Positions 1 to 12,360 of a DNA stretch of 64,000 nucleotides are shown piece after piece. The position numbers were made by a program, and so were the translations under genes. Below the pieces are notes generated by a model that searched no databases, was not told the DNA's origin, and worked only from the letters and a program-made list of their open reading frames with translations. The stretch's first letter is position 1, and the number at the start of each line of letters is the position of its first letter. Origin of the DNA: Cheilinus undulatus (Eukaryota). The stretch lies in assembly GCF_018320785.1 (NCBI RefSeq), contig NC_054879.1:26456546-26520545 (forward strand). Reading direction: 5' to 3'.

Positions 1-365
1 AGAACTGGTTTTCAGCCTTGCTCCTTACATGCAGAGATTTCTCTGCATGTAAGGAGTCTTTGAATGGTTAGATGATTATTTGGACTACAGATGATGAAAT
101 CTCCAAATTCTTTGTAGTTGAACATCATGAAACATTGTTCATGAACTGTTGTTCACAGACTTTTCTTGCTCCTGTCCCAACTTTTTTGGGACATGCTGCA
201 GGCATCAAATTCAGATTGCATGCACACTTCCATAAATATTTAAGTTTTAAGGTTTTATCAATATATATCTGTGTCCTGTATTTAATCGATGTAAGTTGTG
301 AAGGTTTTGCAAATCAGAATATTCTGTTTTCCTATTTCACCAACTTTTTTAGGATTGGAGTTTGT
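1..365 (-). mobile_element. Tc1/mariner-like element (family 1), 5' terminal fragment cut by the window edge
   Basis: The reverse complement carries a TIR-like terminus homologous to 3130-3260 and 38930-39060. It also encodes a helix-turn-helix transposase N-terminus (..KNLEISSSVVQIIILTIQRLLTCREISACKEQG..) resembling PSTVQNIIKRFRESGEIS at 3500-3600. Confidence 0.6.
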
Positions 366-1254
366 AAATAACCAAGCCCCTTTTAATATGATTCTGGTGT
401 TAGTCAAATGTGTATTTTTTAAGAGTAGAAATATAATAATTTAACTGTACTTCTACCACCTCTCATTTCAAGAAACTGTGTTTGCACTCATTAAAATTGC
501 CAAAGCACACACCACTAATTTGGTCGTTCATTAACGGAATCCCTCACAGAAGTGAAAAAAAAAAATCACTTTTATTTTAGACAATTCAGAAATGATTAAC
601 ACATCAAATCTGGTAGCTTTCCATGTCCACATATAGAAATAAAAACCGCTGGGCATCCTTTTCTGCAGAGATGTATGGGTGTCTTCACCCTGATGTTACC
701 ATGTAAAGGCACTGGAACCATCCACAATGTCAATGTGACTGTTTTTCTTCAATATACAAGATCTAGAAGCCATTACTGGTCTGTGCTGCATGAACTGAAA
801 CATTTTACCTCCTTCACATTGAAAACATTTCACAGAGAGACATGTAACATTTGCAGAATGAAGAGTAAAATGTTCCCACACACCTCCAGGTCAGGTTAAC
901 TTTGTAAATGTTGACATTTTGCTCTTATTACCAAAAAGCATCAGAAAAGGAACCTTTTAACTGTGGTGTCAGGTACCTTTAGATTTATTAAGGGTCAAAA
1001 TGTGTTCAGTGATAAATCTCAGAATAATAAATGTCCATCCATAATTAAATACACGGCATTATTATTCCTCCTGTTACTGCAGTTAAATCATCATTTGAAG
1101 CTCTTCACCTAGCTATCTGATGTAATAATACTTGACACTGAAACTAGATATTAAGGCAAATATGAACAGTTAAAATGAAAACAGAAACATTATTGCAATA
1201 GTTTTTAGCCGCTCACAGAGTGAGTTACATATGTATGCATAATTGGTTCAGGAT

Positions 1255-1790
1255 TATAAGGATAACCTCTAAATAGAAGTGAACCAGACATCCCTCTCCC
1301 AAGCAATATTTTCCAGCTTTTCTCAGGGAATTCCGAGGCATTCCTAGGCCAGATGAGATCTGTTATCCCTCCAGCAAGTTCTGGGTCTGCCCCGGGGTCT
1401 CCTCGCAGTTTGACATTCCTGGAAAACCTCTACAGGGAGGCGCCCAGGAGACTTTGCCTTCTAGCTCAGCTCCTTCTTCACCACAACAGTCTGGTGCAGT
1501 GCCTGCAACACTGCGAATGCTGCAACCAACCTGCCCATCAATGTCACAGTCCATTCTACCCTCACTCAGGAACAAGACCCTGAGATACTTTAACCCCTTT
1601 ACTTGGGACAGAGACTCACTTGCCACCCAAAAGGCACAATCCACCGTTTTCCACCATGTCCTCAGACTTGGAGTTGCTAATTCTCATACCAGCTGCTCCT
1701 CAAACCAGTCTATCAGAGAGAATGTGTCCTTTTCACACCTCAGTGTGAAGTGCTGCAAGGGCTTCTGGGAAGATGAGTCGCTTGTTTTTT
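1255..1790 (-). mobile_element. Non-LTR retrotransposon (LINE) ORF2 fragment, post-RT region, frame-shifted
   Basis: The minus-strand translation contains AAGMRISNSKSEDMV and LKYLRVLFLSEGRMDCDIDGQ, then after a frameshift RGDPGADPELAGGITDLIWPRNASEFPEKAG. These match, from memory, the teleost LINE motifs AAGMRISTSKSEAMV / KYLGVLFTSEGRMEREIDRRIGAA / RGRPRTRWRDYV..LAWERLGIPPEELEE. Confidence 0.6.
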
Positions 1791-3094
1791 TATGACTCTC
1801 TCTACAAACTTTCCACAACTCAGGCTACTTTGTGTCATGTCGGCCAAGTCTTTGTTGCCCATATGGCTGGTCCCAACGGACCTCTGGAGGTGCTGATGGA
1901 CTAACTGAACAAAACACTTGTATAGGAAGGTTCATGCCTGACACTCTGGCAAACTGCTGGCTTTTTCTGCCCATTTCTTGCACAGTTGGCTTGTTTGGGT
2001 AAATATTAACTTCATTATAGATGCCTTCACTGAGAGCTCTTATGTTTGCTTCAAAATACAAAAAACTTTAATATTTTTAGCAAACGAGTGTGGGATCAGC
2101 AAATGCTTGCTAGTTTTCAGAGTGCAGCCTAAGTGTTAGATAATGTAGGCCACATTTCTTACTATCAGAAATCTCTTGCACCTGTTGACATGTCCCCTCA
2201 AAGTGATATGATTACAATAACCACATAAAACATCAACTGTAATGATGAATATACTTGCCATAGCATCCTATCTGCATTAACGTCCCCCTCAAACTGCACT
2301 TCTTTGTTTCTGAAACGCATCTTTCCAGCAGTAAAATGGTTTTTATTAATTGATTAATTGCCTTTTTTTTTAAAGACCTACAACTTTTTAATCAGTCCTT
2401 ACTTCCTGGATTTATTTCAGGTGGAGCTGTCTGTTGTCCAAGCTGACTGTAAAATAAAGTTTTCTAAAGCAGTGATGCTTTTGGCCAATAGTTACTGTAT
2501 CATTTAACAGCATACCTGCTCATGAAGAACTAATCTATTTCAAAGCAAACTAACCATGAAGTGCAAATTGACGTGAATACTGCCTTAGTCACCGATATTG
2601 TCAAGATGAACTGTCCGGCTTTCTAGTAATTTCTGCTACTGACAATCCAGACGACTGAACAGCATCTCCTCTTGTGTTCTAATCAGTGCATGATGGCCAC
2701 AAAAGGAAATGAGAAGAATTCAATGAACTGCACAGCTTCTTGCAAATGTTTCTGATCTTCTGATTCACTCACTGACTCATCCAGACAATATCATTTCCCC
2801 TGAGGTCAGCGAGACTCAGAACTGAGAAATACCCAATTGTACTATGAGTTCATTCATGTGGGCTTATGGTACAATCAGAGTGTCCCTGTTTGGAGGCTTG
2901 AAAATATGATCACCCTATAACCCTCTTTTTCTGATAATCATAATTAGCATTTAAAATGTTATCACAGTGATTAACAGTGATTAACTGATTAATATTGAAA
3001 ACCAAGATAGTAATGGGTTGTTTATACTAAATTTCATTTTTAAACATTTTCAATTCTGTTTTAAAATGGTTGCTTGAATATTGAACTGAAGGGC

Positions 3095-3955
3095 ATTTCT
3101 CAACCCCAATTTCCCAATTTTGCAAATTTCATAAACCCATATTTGATTCGCAATAGAGAAAAAACATGTCAGATGTTGAAACTGAGACATTTTACCATTT
3201 CATGAAAAATATTAGATCATTTTGAATTTGATGATAGCAACACATCTCAAAAAAGTAGGGATGGGGCAACAAGAGGCTGGAAGAGTGAGTGGTACAAATG
3301 GAAAAACAGCTGGAGAAGTATTTTGCAACTTATTATGTTAATAGCAACAGGTCGGTGACATGACTGGGTATAAAAAAAAAGGGTTTAGAGAGGCAAAGGC
3401 TCACAGAGGAAAGATGGGCAGAGGTTTATCAATTGGGGGAAAAATGCTTCTGAAAACTGCGGAACGACTTTTGAAAAAATGTTCTTCCACGTGTTAAAAC
3501 TTTGATTATCCCACCATCTACAGTGCAGAATATCATCAAAAGATTCAGAGAATCTGGAGAAATCTCTGAGCATAAGGAACAAGGCCATTATTGAATGCTT
3601 GTGATATTCAAACCCTCAGTTAGCACTGCATTAAAAACAGACACGATGCTGCACTGGAAATCACTGCATGCTTACAGATTGTTGTTAAAAAGATAGGATG
3701 CTACACAACAGTAAATATGTCCCTGTCACATATTTACCATTGTGTAAATACCATTGTCCCTGAGATATTTTGCTGGCAAATTCAAAATGAGTTTATATTT
3801 TTCATGAAATGGTAAAATGCCTGAGTTTCAATATCCAATATGTTGTTTGTGTTCTATTGTGAATTTAATATGTGTGTTTGTGAGATTTTAAAATCATTGT
3901 ATTGTGTGTTTAATTACATTTTATCCTGCGCCCCCACTTGGAATTGGGATTGCAC
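3095..3955 (+). mobile_element. Internally deleted (MITE-like) Tc1 family-1 copy retaining both termini
   Basis: The 5' TIR plus N-terminal HTH (3130-3600) is homologous to 45680-46020, and the 3' end (3636-3955) is homologous to 46740-47090. The termini are inverted copies of each other (caaccccaatttccc vs gggattgcactatgg / ccaattccaagtggggg). The whole DDE core is missing. Confidence 0.6.
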
Positions 3956-6900
3956 TATGGAACTCTGTGTTAATATTTCCTTTATATTCACGGGGTTAAT
4001 AAACCTCAGTTATATGATCATCTCTAGATGGTTGTCTTGCAGATCTCCATCTTTCCTCTTTTCTCATCCAATGTAAGAAGCGATAGAAAAGGACAGTAGA
4101 AACAAGGTAAATTGGCGAGTCACATGACTATTTGTCAGTTGCACAACAGTTGAAATAAGCAAATCTGGTTGCCAACTCTTTCTGCAATGCATGCTGTTTG
4201 GACACACTGTAAGAAAATACAAATTTTCCCATGCAAGAGGAAACCCCAGTTTCTTACAGAATTTGTAAATCCAGTCTTATCAGTAGAAGAAACATGGATG
4301 CACCATTGTTCCTGAAGCACCTTCATATCAAGCCCTAGTTAGGCCACTTGTCTGTGTTGCGAATCTGTTTATTACATTTCCTCTTGTCACTTTCACTTCA
4401 GGCATCCATACATTTACATATTTTATGTTTACCTGCCTCTTCCTCCTCTCACTCACACAACGCACCTTTGCATATTCACACACCCACATGCTTATTTTCA
4501 TCACCAGCCTCTCTCCGGATACCCTCTGCAGATTATATCGAGGGAGCACATACTTTGCATACACAGAATCTCAGGGCATTTAACACATGAGTATTTCCCC
4601 TAGTAATACAAACCTACCTCTTCTAACAGGGGGAACAAGTAAGCATTTTAGAGAAACACTTATTCCATGAGGGTTTTTAACACAACATCTTCACCCGACA
4701 AACATTTCTGCTCATTTTTATTCCATCGTGTTCAACAGAATTGTCGTAGTATCACCCCGAGTCTTTGTGCAATTACATGTTTTGTTATTTTCCCAGCAGA
4801 AGAACAATTATTTTATTAATCCCACTGCTGTAGTGTGTGTCGAAGAAGCCGTGGGCTGAGTTAAGACTGCTGCTGTTCGCTCTGAAGAGCAATCTCCGAC
4901 CTGCAGACTTTATCCCTTTTATCTTCACCTGGCTCTCCTGTCCTGATGTGCTTTTTCTCCACCTGCTATCACAAGACGCTAATAATGACCAATTACCCAG
5001 AAAGACTTGGAGCTAAAGGGAAAATCTGTTTCTAAAAGATCAGCGGGTTCAGTTTTCAAAGGGATCTACCCAAAAATTTACCTCTTTTCTTTGTCTTCCA
5101 GACAGACTTGAACAGCATCTACCAAATGGATTTTTAAGGACATTTTTATTGACTTAATCTCAGTCTTTGCATGATCAATTTAATGGATCTTTCCATTTTA
5201 AAACCTTAACATCTAGTGCATGTAACCACTTTTTACATTTCGTTTTGTTTAAATCTTTCATTACAATAAATCTGTCTTACTTTGATGCTCCTCTGCATCC
5301 ACCAAATGTCTCTGAGTGTAAATGCATGGTAGTAACGCACACATAGGAATGATACCCCTCATTAGACAATGTATATTTCTTGAGAAGTGTAAGATGGGTT
5401 TATTTTTGTATTTGTATACAAACTTATGACATAACTCGGGTAAGATGACTTTCTGCACCCAATATAGCTGTGTAAATATGAAAAAAGGGCCATTTCTTTG
5501 TTACACTGCCGCCTACTGTTAAGGGGCAGTACTACCTCATAAAAAGTGCACTGTGCTTGCTTTTTTTTTTAAGGTGATGACACTCAAAGGAAGATCTACA
5601 TGGTCTCTCTGCCATGCTGCAGCACAATGCGCTGATTTGCTAACACCCCACTATTATCATACACATGGGCAGTTGTGCCACACCTTGACATGCGCTGGGC
5701 CCTTCAGTGCTGCTTGCAGCCCTATAGCTTAATAAGCTTTCGTTTTACTAACTTTTTCTTTCATTGAAACCCCTCATTGTGAAGGACGTAAGCAAAAGTA
5801 TTTTATTCATTAAGTACTACACCCTGATTGTCGCCCATCGCTGCCGTGAGATGTAATCAATCCAAACACATGGAAAAATGGGCAAAGTATCCAGTCAACA
5901 ATACAACTCAATGTACAGACACCTCCTATTACTATAACCACACTTGTCTCATCCTGTGGCACAAGCAAACGGTCATGAAACCTCACATCAGTTGTAGCAA
6001 ACATAAATCTTTTAATTTCATAATGTTCTCACCCATGGCAGAAGCAAAAAAATCATGGAATCATGTCAAAATAAATGGAAAATCAACCCCAGAAAGGCAA
6101 AATAATCAGTTGTTGACATACTATTCCCGTGTGAACTCAGAGTTTGCCCGTGACTTTGTACCCTCTTGTCTCAAGCTGCTCGGGGCTGCAGTGTGCAAGG
6201 TTGCTCACTTCCAGTTGGAGAAAAGCAGCTGTGCTCTGGAGCGGAGCGTGTCACAGCTGGAAATGTGGAAATTGGAGGTAAGAAAGATGAATCTGCATGT
6301 CATATGACCACATAATTGTTTCATTATGTCTATAGGGGATCTACCTAACAATAATTAGCTTGATATAAAGATAGTTTGAGGGATTTTAAGGGACTTTGAC
6401 CTTGCTGTTGTATACCTCATATTTCATGGTCACATTCATTGGCTTTATCTTGTGCTATGGAGCATAATGCCCCAGGCAGTTGTCTTTGCCTAATGGTAAA
6501 TCTACCTATGTGTACACTGTTAATACCAAAAGTTACATAGTGCTGAAAGCAAGCAACTGGAAGTCCCTGTAAATGGTTTGGATGCCATTCTACCTGTTTT
6601 AAGTTATTAATTGTTGATCCATTGTAAATGAACTATTTTAAGGTTAAAATGGCAAATATTGGTAATGAGCAAAGACATTTTCCAACCAGTAGCACACAAC
6701 ATCCTCAGGCAGAGGTGCATATAACCTTTCCTACTAAAATACTAATAATAGAATTATTTCACCATTGAACCAGCCAAATGCACTACCACAGCTCAAGTGA
6801 CTGACAAAGAAAATTTGCTTTGGGGTGGACAAAGATGTAATTTCATTTCAGGTGGACTTTTAATATTGCATGGAGGAACAGTACAAGCACTAATGGTCAA

Positions 6901-8589
6901 AATGAGATGAAACTGCTGCAGGCAAAAGGCTGTTAACCTTCACTAACATAAGTCTCATTCCTTATACAACCTGACCACACAGGGTGGAACGGCTATGTGG
7001 TTTACATACACGTAATTATTTCCTGAATCCGTCCCCTTTAGAGCTGGTAAAGTTGATTGTAAAGAAAGTTGACTTGTGAATGTGTGCTGCTTTAGTTTTG
7101 TGCTGAAACAAAGTGAAGAAAACAGAAGTCAGAGGTGTTGTGGGAGAAAAGAGCTCATAGGGTCTTTTTCTAAAAAAGAAGTCAGATCAAGCTGCTGCAG
7201 TCTGTCAGGGTTAAACCATCAACACTATCCATACAGACAGAAGAGTCTTAGTGTACTCATCCTTACAAGAAATCCTGTACTGTTACAAAATCCCTCCCAC
7301 ATATCTCACAGAGATATGCTTTCCCAGAGGTACTTGTTGTGGTGGGATGAGGTTCGCCTTAGGCAATAACACACTGAATAACACTGATAATGATAAAGCA
7401 CGACAATGTGTCCTGCAGCAGCGGCATCTTTAATAGGAGCTGATTGGTTGGCAGGGAAATTAATTTCCTTCCTTTGGACATTGAATGAAAAAATTTAATG
7501 TCACTTCTTGTCCCCATCACAGAGACAGGTGAACACACATAAACATGCAGTAATCATGTTTTATGCTGCTTTAGTTTAGGTCAGACTATGGAAATGTCAT
7601 ATGTATTGAATAATGATTCTCACACAAGGCCTAGTTTATCTTTCTAGCTGTTGGTGGGAGGATTATGTCATGTAGTTAACCTGTGTCAATCAAACATGTG
7701 ACTATGGGGCAGACTGAGTGTGAAAAACTATCCAAATCAGGCTTCAACACCAGGGACTGTATAAAACATGGACGTAGTCTCATGAACATCACCCATTTGT
7801 TTCTGAAAAGAAATTTTGAATCCAGTTTCACCATACTGGAGATGGAGTTCAAACCCAGCTTTCAATCAGTCAAGCTACTCGCAGTTAACCTTAAAGCCTT
7901 AGCGTTAAGGGGACCTTAAGCTTCATATCTGATGAAGGACTAGGCCTGAAATGTCACATATGTGGTGATAATCTTCATTAAACAAGCTTTGGAGCAGCTT
8001 CTGGTTCCACATCCAGTGCTGAACCCCTTAAGTATGTGCATGCCTTTGAACCTTTTTGAAGCATGCTGGGATACACAGTGACATAAAAAGGCTGGTGGCA
8101 CCACTTTTTGACAACTTTCTCCCCTCATCTGTTCAAAATGGATGTACATTTTCACTTGGTGGTGAAGTCTCTGCTAAAAAGATGCTCCCTGGATTAGTCA
8201 AGCAGCATGCTTTGACTTTCCAGGGAGAACATGGCTAGAAACCCCCTATATAGATACATTTATGACAATACATACTAAGTACAATGATATCAGTTCAAAA
8301 GCTATTAATCCATAGTAGCATGGATCTGAATATGAGGGGTCAACAAGCTTTATGCCGTAAAGAAGGAGACTAGGGTGGAGGCCAGCAGCTTGGTGCATCA
8401 GCATTAATGCAAGCAGGGATTAAAGTGTGCCATATTTAAATACACCACTGTGTTGAAGGAAAGAGTTGTAATTGGCTAATGGAGTTGGGAGGGGATAATT
8501 TGGATCAGCTGGCTGTTAGCTGGCAAAGGCTGGGTGTACTACTATCTTGTCCTGCATGTTCTAATGCTTAGCTTCATTTTTCCATTCCA

Positions 8590-8950
8590 AAAGTTAACTT
8601 TCCTTTGTCAATGGTGCCGTAGTAGCTCTGTGATCCCCTGACCAATCGGTGATCTGTTGCTTGTGCCACAGGATGAGACGTGATGTTGATAAAAGGAGGA
8701 TTTACTATCAGGAGTCCATGCATTGTATTGAATTTCATAGTTGACCGAATGCATTGCCCGCTGTTCCAGCTGTTTTAGTTGATCTGCTCTCCATGATTTG
8801 ATACATTTGGGCAGCGGTAGGCGCTGAAGACGGACTAGAAGCATGCAGTGCAATTGCAAAGGTTAGCTAGACAGGGAGCTATCCACTCTACAGTGCACTT
8901 TGCCAGTGAGTTGTTGTGAATTGCAGTGCAGGTGGAGCATGTGGAAATTA
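8590..8950. repeat. Unclassified interspersed repeat (family R2), copy 1
   Basis: Homologous to 15170-15560: tggtgccgtagtagctctgtgatcccctgacc.. and gatgagacgtgatgttgataaaagg.. match tggcgccgttgtagcttggtgacccactgacc.. and gatgagacttaatgttgataaagtg.. ; possibly SINE-like. Confidence 0.45.
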
Positions 8951-11379
8951 AACTAGAAAGGAATTTTTATTTTGAATGGGAAAGATCTGTTTGTTCCTCC
9001 TGATAGTTAGTGTGTGTATTGGTTCTATAGAGTGTTTGTGGTTATTTGTAATCCTTTATTTTAAGTCCTTCCTGTCACATGCTGCTCAGAAACTCCAGAT
9101 CCAGTTCACTGATTTTACTGCGTATGCTTTATACATGTTTTGTGCTGCTTACTCATAAAAGACCACTATTACTCTTCCACCGACTGTGCAGTCTGTTAGC
9201 CAAGCTTTATCTTGACTGCGGTCCATTTGGTGTTAAATTTTCATTGGGGTGGGAGTGTGGAGAGCCAGGGAATCACTCTGCTCTGATGATTCTCTGCTGG
9301 CTTTAATGCCACGTTTCTGGTTCTTGTCTTGACTGAAGGCCCCCCTGGCAGTGTAATTTACATATAGAGCATTTAAAGACTCCCTATTATTATTTTCTAG
9401 TGTATGATGAGGGGTGATGAATGGGCTGTGGGGTTGCTGTGGCTTCTGCCTCACTTGTCATAAAGTGAAATGGACAAAAAGAAACCCACAACCTGTTACC
9501 CAGTGTGCCCTCTGTGGCCTAACACGCTCCATGTTGTGGATATTCTGACAGCCACTCCGCCCACGAGTTCAGTCCCCAAGATAACAAGAGGTGTCTGACT
9601 CCTTGGACTCTTTCCTCTCTGCTTCGACGCTGACGGGCTCCTACACAATCTGAGCTGACAGAAACATGAGGCTGTGGGGACGAAAGGGGTGGAGGGAGGC
9701 TGTAATGTCATTTGCCTTGAGACTTTCTGGACTCCTCACAGAATAAGCCTCGCTGCTTTCACGGCATTCTTCTGCAACAGGCTTCCATTTGAACACACAG
9801 CTGCTTTCAAAGGATTAACAAAGGGGTGAAATTTGCAAATTCTAAAAGCAAAACATCGTGTATGACCTTAAAAATTTCTTTGTATAGCTCTAAAATGCTG
9901 TTTCATGATGTTTGCTCACATTTTGTGGTGTCTACCTTGAAAAATGCACGCTACAAAAATGATATAAAGCTTGGCAAACCTTTCATTCAAGTTTAATGAG
10001 AAAGAGCTCCCCAGACAGAGCTTTCAGAGCTGACATGCAGCATGAAGATGTTCAAGAAGCTGCTGCTGCTCAAGTGTTTCATTTACCATTAATCGCTGTC
10101 TTCACACCATAAAGTCTGCTTTTGTTATTTTCATGCTGTAACCGCATGATGCTCTTGGTTCAAAATAGAAAAACTTCTCTCATCTTTGCTGTTTCTTTCT
10201 GATTCACCAGACATGTCAGCTTCATGATTAATTCCCTTGAAGCTCCCCGATCCCCTCAGGAGTGACATAAATAACAAACGGCCCTGTCACATTCATCAAC
10301 ATAGTTAACAGTTTCAGAAGTGTGTTAATTAAAATTACCAGGAGCCCAGAAAAATGTCGTCCTGACAGTCTGGGTCATATATAATATGTGAAAACCATTA
10401 GAGGATTTTGTCTCAAGCACTGAAGATAATTTTGAATGTGCAAAAGCATGTTGTAGACTTTTTAAAACACTTTTCCAAATCTATATGGCAGCAAATACAC
10501 TGAAAAGAATCTGAAATCAGATTGTGAAAGTATTACAACATGTTAAATATGTTTCAGGCACGTTTACAGGAATTTTTATTTCTATCCGTGTCATGATTGC
10601 ATGAGAGGTTAGAGTAAATAATAACAGTTGAGATGATACAAGCCTGTTATTTAAAGACTGGAGTGATCAAACTGCATTTGAATTGAAATAGGGATTAAGA
10701 AATCATCAACTTAATTAATTTAAGGGGCCTCAAGGGTGAAAGCAACAAATGTGATGGTTGAAAGCGTAGAGGATGAACATGCATGTGATTTAAAGTATTT
10801 AGCATTACAAATGCAAGCTATCCAAATTACCCTAACTCAAGGGTTTTCAAATTTTGAGGAAGTGAGCCTCCCTCAAGAGAAAATAATGTATTCCATGGGC
10901 CTCCATACCAATAAAAATATGATTTAAAGAACTATATTTTCAAACATTTATGTCATCTTTAAGCACTATTATTTTTACATTTTTATACTTTGGATATTTT
11001 GGTCTGCATCTGTTTTTAAACATTTTTCCCAGGAAATCAGTTCAGTATTTAACTGATTGCCAATACTACCTGATTATTATGCTCCAAGGTCTAATTTGGC
11101 AGGAACAATGAGTTAACATCTATGCAGATGATGCAGAGTTGCATTACTGCAGCTCATCTTCCATCCCAATAGATATTTTATGAGTACAACTGACAAAAAG
11201 TAAGTTTAGTTTTCGTCAAGATGACTTAAACTACATGAAGATGTAATTTTGTTTTCATTGGGCAGTCAAAATCCGTGATATTTCTCCAGTGTGGGTAAAT
11301 CTGTCAAAAAACAATGCATCTGTAGCTATTCTGCCTCTCAGCTGTAGAAAGCAGCAACACCAGGTTTGGCAGAGTGCAG

Positions 11380-11600
11380 AGAACACACTACCATGATTTG
11401 GTACCAGATTTAGGCAAGAAAATAAATGGTTTGACTAAAAGTAAAGGCTAAAATGTGAGGACTTTTTATGGACTAAAACTAGACTAAATCTAAAAAGGGT
11501 AGCAATGACTTAAATTTAACAAAAAAAAACTTAAACACATGTAATCAAAAGACTTAGACTAAAATTAAAAACAGCTGTCAAAATTAATACTGGTTGGCTA
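11380..11600. repeat. Low-complexity 'gactaaa / actaaaact' repeat, inverse orientation of the 23960-24530 repeat type
   Basis: Degenerate short tandem units (gactaaaagtaaaggctaaaatg, gactaaaactagactaaatctaaaaa, gacttagactaaaattaaaaacag) are the complement style of the tagtttagtt units at 24000-24500. Confidence 0.3.
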
Positions 11601-12019
11601 ACATCACACAGGGTTTGTCCAATTCTTTCTACAGTCTATGGCCAAAACGCAGAAGTTTGCTGGATTCCAACAAGGAGGAAAAGGTTGATCTCAGATGTTT
11701 GGAGGAAGTGCAACAGTGCTAGTGAATAGATGTGACCAGGTGATGTGAACAGCTGATTGATGTGAACAGTGATGTGAACAGTTTCATTAAGGTAAACTCT
11801 GTTGTTGGTAAGAACTTATGTCCAAACTAGGCTACATTTGAACTTGCGCACAGCTGGTGCAACCCATAGCTGGCATGCATCTCAAGCAGAGCAAAGAGGA
11901 GTGGGGCCTCTGGGGTACACAGGAGACAGACCAGAGTGCGTGCAGTGCAACTAAACTATAAAAACATGAGCTCACAGGCAGCTTTTGTCATAAAAAAGCA
12001 CCGTTCTCCACTATCTGTT

Positions 12020-12360
12020 AGGCTGGTTTGTAACTCCAGTTCTTGCTAAAGGTCGGGAGATGAGCAGAACATCTTTCCTGCCAAGAGCTCCATTGTTCTT
12101 CTTTCAAAAATGAAATGTCTAGTTCTGATAAAACTGCAGCTATAGCAGCATCTATGCCAATCTCTTCACCTTACGCCATTGTTAACAGGCTTTCAGTACA
12201 ATTAAACCACACCTGTAGCTACCACCTCTATCTCCTATAAGGACCCTGATTGGTCCGGTCACTCTTTGACCAGGAATAAGTGTTTCAGCTCAAACCTTTG
12301 CTAGATGGGTACACCTGATGGCAGACATGGAATCTGCACAATCCATCGACTTGCCAAGGT
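12020..12360. repeat. Unclassified interspersed repeat (family R1), one unit
   Basis: Shares ..ctgccaagagc..ttcttt..aaatg..ctgcagctatagcagcatctatgccaatctcttcac..ctgtagctaccacct..ctcc..ctgattggtcc..gtttcagctcaaac.. with 18690-19230 and 53600-54095. Confidence 0.5.

Noticed and set aside
1454-1795. 113-aa plus-strand ORF
   Set aside because: It overlaps the minus-strand LINE ORF2 fragment and is an antisense chance frame.
5828-6033. 5' two-thirds of the 159-aa ORF as coding
   Set aside because: AT-rich with no codon-bias look. Only the 3' portion ending at the GT donor has any exon-like character, and that is reported as a weak candidate only.
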